Assembly: GCA_036568505.1 (NCBI GenBank)
Contig: DATCSK010000027.1
Coordinates: forward strand, 8,828 to 72,827
From: Pseudomonadales bacterium
GTDB lineage: Bacteria > Pseudomonadota > Gammaproteobacteria > Pseudomonadales > M0112
DNA length: 64,000 bases
Reading direction: 5' to 3'
Shown: one piece after another, positions 61,891-64,000 of the stretch
How the letters are laid out: each line of letters begins with the position of its first letter
How positions within the stretch are numbered: the stretch's first letter is position 1
Notes under the pieces: model-generated
What the model was told of the DNA's origin: nothing
Database searches by the model: none
The model's input: the letters and a program-made list of their open reading frames with translations, nothing else
Program-made: the position numbers and the translations under genes

Positions 61891-63156
61891 ATGAAACACG
61901 CCCAAAAACACTCTTCCGCAAGCACCGTGCTCATCGTTCTGGTTGTACTCACACTGAGTGTCATTGCCGGCTTCAATCGATTAATAGACCCTTACGGTTT
62001 TTTCGGAGACCCTGTCATAGAGGGCGTGAATGCACATAAATTCCGATTCACGGCACTGGAACCTGAAACCAAGTTGCGCGCCTTTTCGCGACAGAGGCCT
62101 TCTGCCATTGTGCTTGGCACATCACGAGCGGCACTGGGCATTCCCATGCAATCGGCTCAATGGGGCAATCAACCTGTCTATAACCTTGCCTATGCTGGTG
62201 CCGGCTCCCGCTCATTAGCATCCATTGCTCGCTATGCTTTCCGGCAGCCCGACTTAAAAACCGCCGTATTGATGCTGGATTTTTTCAGCTTCAATGCTGA
62301 CTACAGCGCCAACAACACTGAAGACGCTCGCTACCAAAGCATCCAAGACTTGCTGCCCGGCAGTGGCAATGATCTGCGCGATGCACACTTGCTGCTGCCG
62401 ACGCTGCTTTCCATGCAAGCATTCCGCGACTCGCTGTTCACCTTACAAAAACAATCCATGAATCGTCGCCATCTGGATAGTCGCGGCAACTGGGTGGGTC
62501 CTGGCATCGGGCATTTTCAACCCCAATCCATACTGTTCAATGACATTGAACGTGAATCACTCGACCTACAGTACTTTCCACCTCCCACTCGCCGCCTTGC
62601 ACTACATACCAATAACTACTCAACACTCGATGATTTCCGCTCCATCATCACAGCGGCACACCGCCACAACATCCATCTGGTGATCGGCGTATCGCCTCGC
62701 CACGTACGCTTGCAGGCTCTGCTGCAAGCCGCGGGTGCAAACACTTTGCTTGCTGAATGGCAGCAAGCCTTGGCCGACATCAACCAGACCGAAGCCTTTC
62801 AAGCCGGACGACCGCCATTCCCTTTAATTGATTTCTCGGGCCTGTCTGACTACACCACCGAGACTATTGCTCCGGCCAATGACAAAACAACCAAACTGCA
62901 ATGGTTCATTGATCCCGGACATTACACCCCCGAGCTGGGAGCGATACTCCTGCAGCAGCTGTTAACCAACACGCCGGATGGCACACTCGGCCGTGCACTG
63001 CATAGCGCGAACGCCCACGCGCTGCATCAGCATGACATGGAAGCCCTGTCAGCATGGCTTACAACACACCCCGACATCGCTCAAATTGCCGGGCGTCAAT
63101 GGCAGCGTTTCCTGAACCAGGCTCCTGCTGCCCGCGTTGAAAGCCTCCGTCAATAG
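61891..63156 (+). CDS. N-terminally anchored hypothetical protein, weakly DltD/SGNH-like
   Basis: Single N-terminal TM helix. LGTSRAALG is a possible block-I Ser, and [10 protein letters not shown] is a possible DxxH block near the C-terminus. The 421 aa size is similar to DltD. The resemblance is weak. Confidence 0.35.
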   Translation: MKHAQKHSSASTVLIVLVVLTLSVIAGFNRLIDPYGFFGDPVIEGVNAHKFRFTALEPETKLRAFSRQRPSAIVLGTSRAALGIPMQSAQWGNQPVYNLAYAGAGSRSLASIARYAFRQPDLKTAVLMLDFFSFNADYSANNTEDARYQSIQDLLPGSGNDLRDAHLLLPTLLSMQAFRDSLFTLQKQSMNRRHLDSRGNWVGPGIGHFQPQSILFNDIERESLDLQYFPPPTRRLALHTNNYSTLDDFRSIITAAHRHNIHLVIGVSPRHVRLQALLQAAGANTLLAEWQQALADINQTEAFQAGRPPFPLIDFSGLSDYTTETIAPANDKTTKLQWFIDPGHYTPELGAILLQQLLTNTPDGTLGRALHSANAHALHQHDMEALSAWLTTHPDIAQIAGRQWQRFLNQAPAARVESLRQ

Positions 63157-63202
63157 TGCAACAATTCCGCCCCTCAAAAATGGACCGCACAGCGAGATTC
63201 CC

Positions 63203-63964
63203 ATGGACCTGAAAGGCAAAGTCATCCTTGTGACCGGTGGGGCACAAGGCTTAGGACTCAGCATGGCCGAAGCACTGGCCCGCAAAGGCGCCCATCTGGC
63301 ATTGGTCGATTTGAACGCCGAGCGCCTTGCCGAAGCCGTGGCCACCTGCAAGCAGGCCGGGGGGGATGCCCGCGCCTACACCGCCAACATCGCCAATGAA
63401 GAAGCCGTAACGGATTTATTCGATCACGTTATTAGCGATTTCGGCACCGTCGACGGCCTCATCAACAATGCCGGCATCACCCGCGATGGATTGTTGGTCA
63501 AAGCCAAAGACGGCATCGTGGCCAAGCGCATGAGCTTGCAAGAGTGGCAAATGGTGATGGACGTGAACCTGACCGGCGTCTTCCTCTGCGGCCGCGAAAT
63601 CGCCACCCGCCTGATTGAACTCGGCAAGCCCGGCCTGATCCTGAACATTTCCAGCCTGTCCAAAGCCGGCAATATGGGCCAAACCAATTACTCGGCAGCC
63701 AAAGCCGGCGTTGCCGCGATGACGGTGACCTGGGCCAAAGAACTGGCCCGCTACGGCATTCGCTGCGCCGGCATTGCTCCGGGATTCATTGCCACTGAAA
63801 TGGTCGCTTCGATGAAGCCCGAAGCACTCGAAAAACTCTCTGCCGGCATTCCGCTCAAACGCTTAGGCACACCGGAAGAAATCGCCTTATCCGCCGTCTA
63901 CATTTTTGAAAACGATTATTACAACGGGCGCACGCTGGAGATGGATGGCGGTATGCGCATCTGA
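63203..63964 (+). CDS. Short-chain dehydrogenase/reductase (FabG-like)
   Basis: VTGGAQGLG cofactor motif and NYSAAKAG catalytic YxxxK. Start set at [13 protein letters not shown]. Confidence 0.8.
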   Translation: MDLKGKVILVTGGAQGLGLSMAEALARKGAHLALVDLNAERLAEAVATCKQAGGDARAYTANIANEEAVTDLFDHVISDFGTVDGLINNAGITRDGLLVKAKDGIVAKRMSLQEWQMVMDVNLTGVFLCGREIATRLIELGKPGLILNISSLSKAGNMGQTNYSAAKAGVAAMTVTWAKELARYGIRCAGIAPGFIATEMVASMKPEALEKLSAGIPLKRLGTPEEIALSAVYIFENDYYNGRTLEMDGGMRI

Positions 63965-64000
63965 TGGGCACCCACAATAAAAAAGGCAGCGAACGCTGCC

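Noticed and set aside
63981-64000. Hairpin GGCAGCG-aa-CGCTGCC after the SDR gene
   Set aside because: It is cut by the window edge, so the T-run and its strand assignment cannot be seen.

Overview
This window is mostly conserved core genome of a moderately GC-rich gammaproteobacterium, tightly packed with about 58 supported CDS. Many are joined by 4-nt ATGA or GTGA stop/start overlaps. From memory, the central block has the gene content known from Pseudomonas aeruginosa: clpB, pgeF, rluD, bamD, nadE, pilS, pilR, fimT, fimU-pilVWXY1Y2E, ispH, fkpB, lspA, ileS, ribF, murJ. The flanks carry arginine and pyrimidine genes (argG, pyrC, argD, argF, pyrB), nrdA and nrdB, prfC, rnt, msbA, sbcB, fumA, sodB and groES-groEL. 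I found no rRNA, tRNA, CRISPR array, IS element, prophage or recognisable defence island, and no clear-cut novel multi-gene system. The best candidate for under-described biology is a three-gene operon behind a Fur box: coiled-coil porin, secreted FMN-binding protein and PepSY-type membrane protein (8838-11511). Other points worth a second look: nrdA and nrdB split by a lower-GC membrane glycosyltransferase-like gene, each with its own tandem NrdR boxes; a terminator-like hairpin in the nrdA leader; a 48-nt tandem repeat encoding a pure Ser/Thr/Gly tract in PilY1; and a CIRCE-like operator between two promoters upstream of groES. Several track ORFs are over-extended at the 5' end; I re-set those starts from homologue N-termini, ribosome-binding sites and stop/start overlaps. 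Coordinates of small motifs may be off by 1-2 nt. All family calls come from motif recognition by eye, not database searches.
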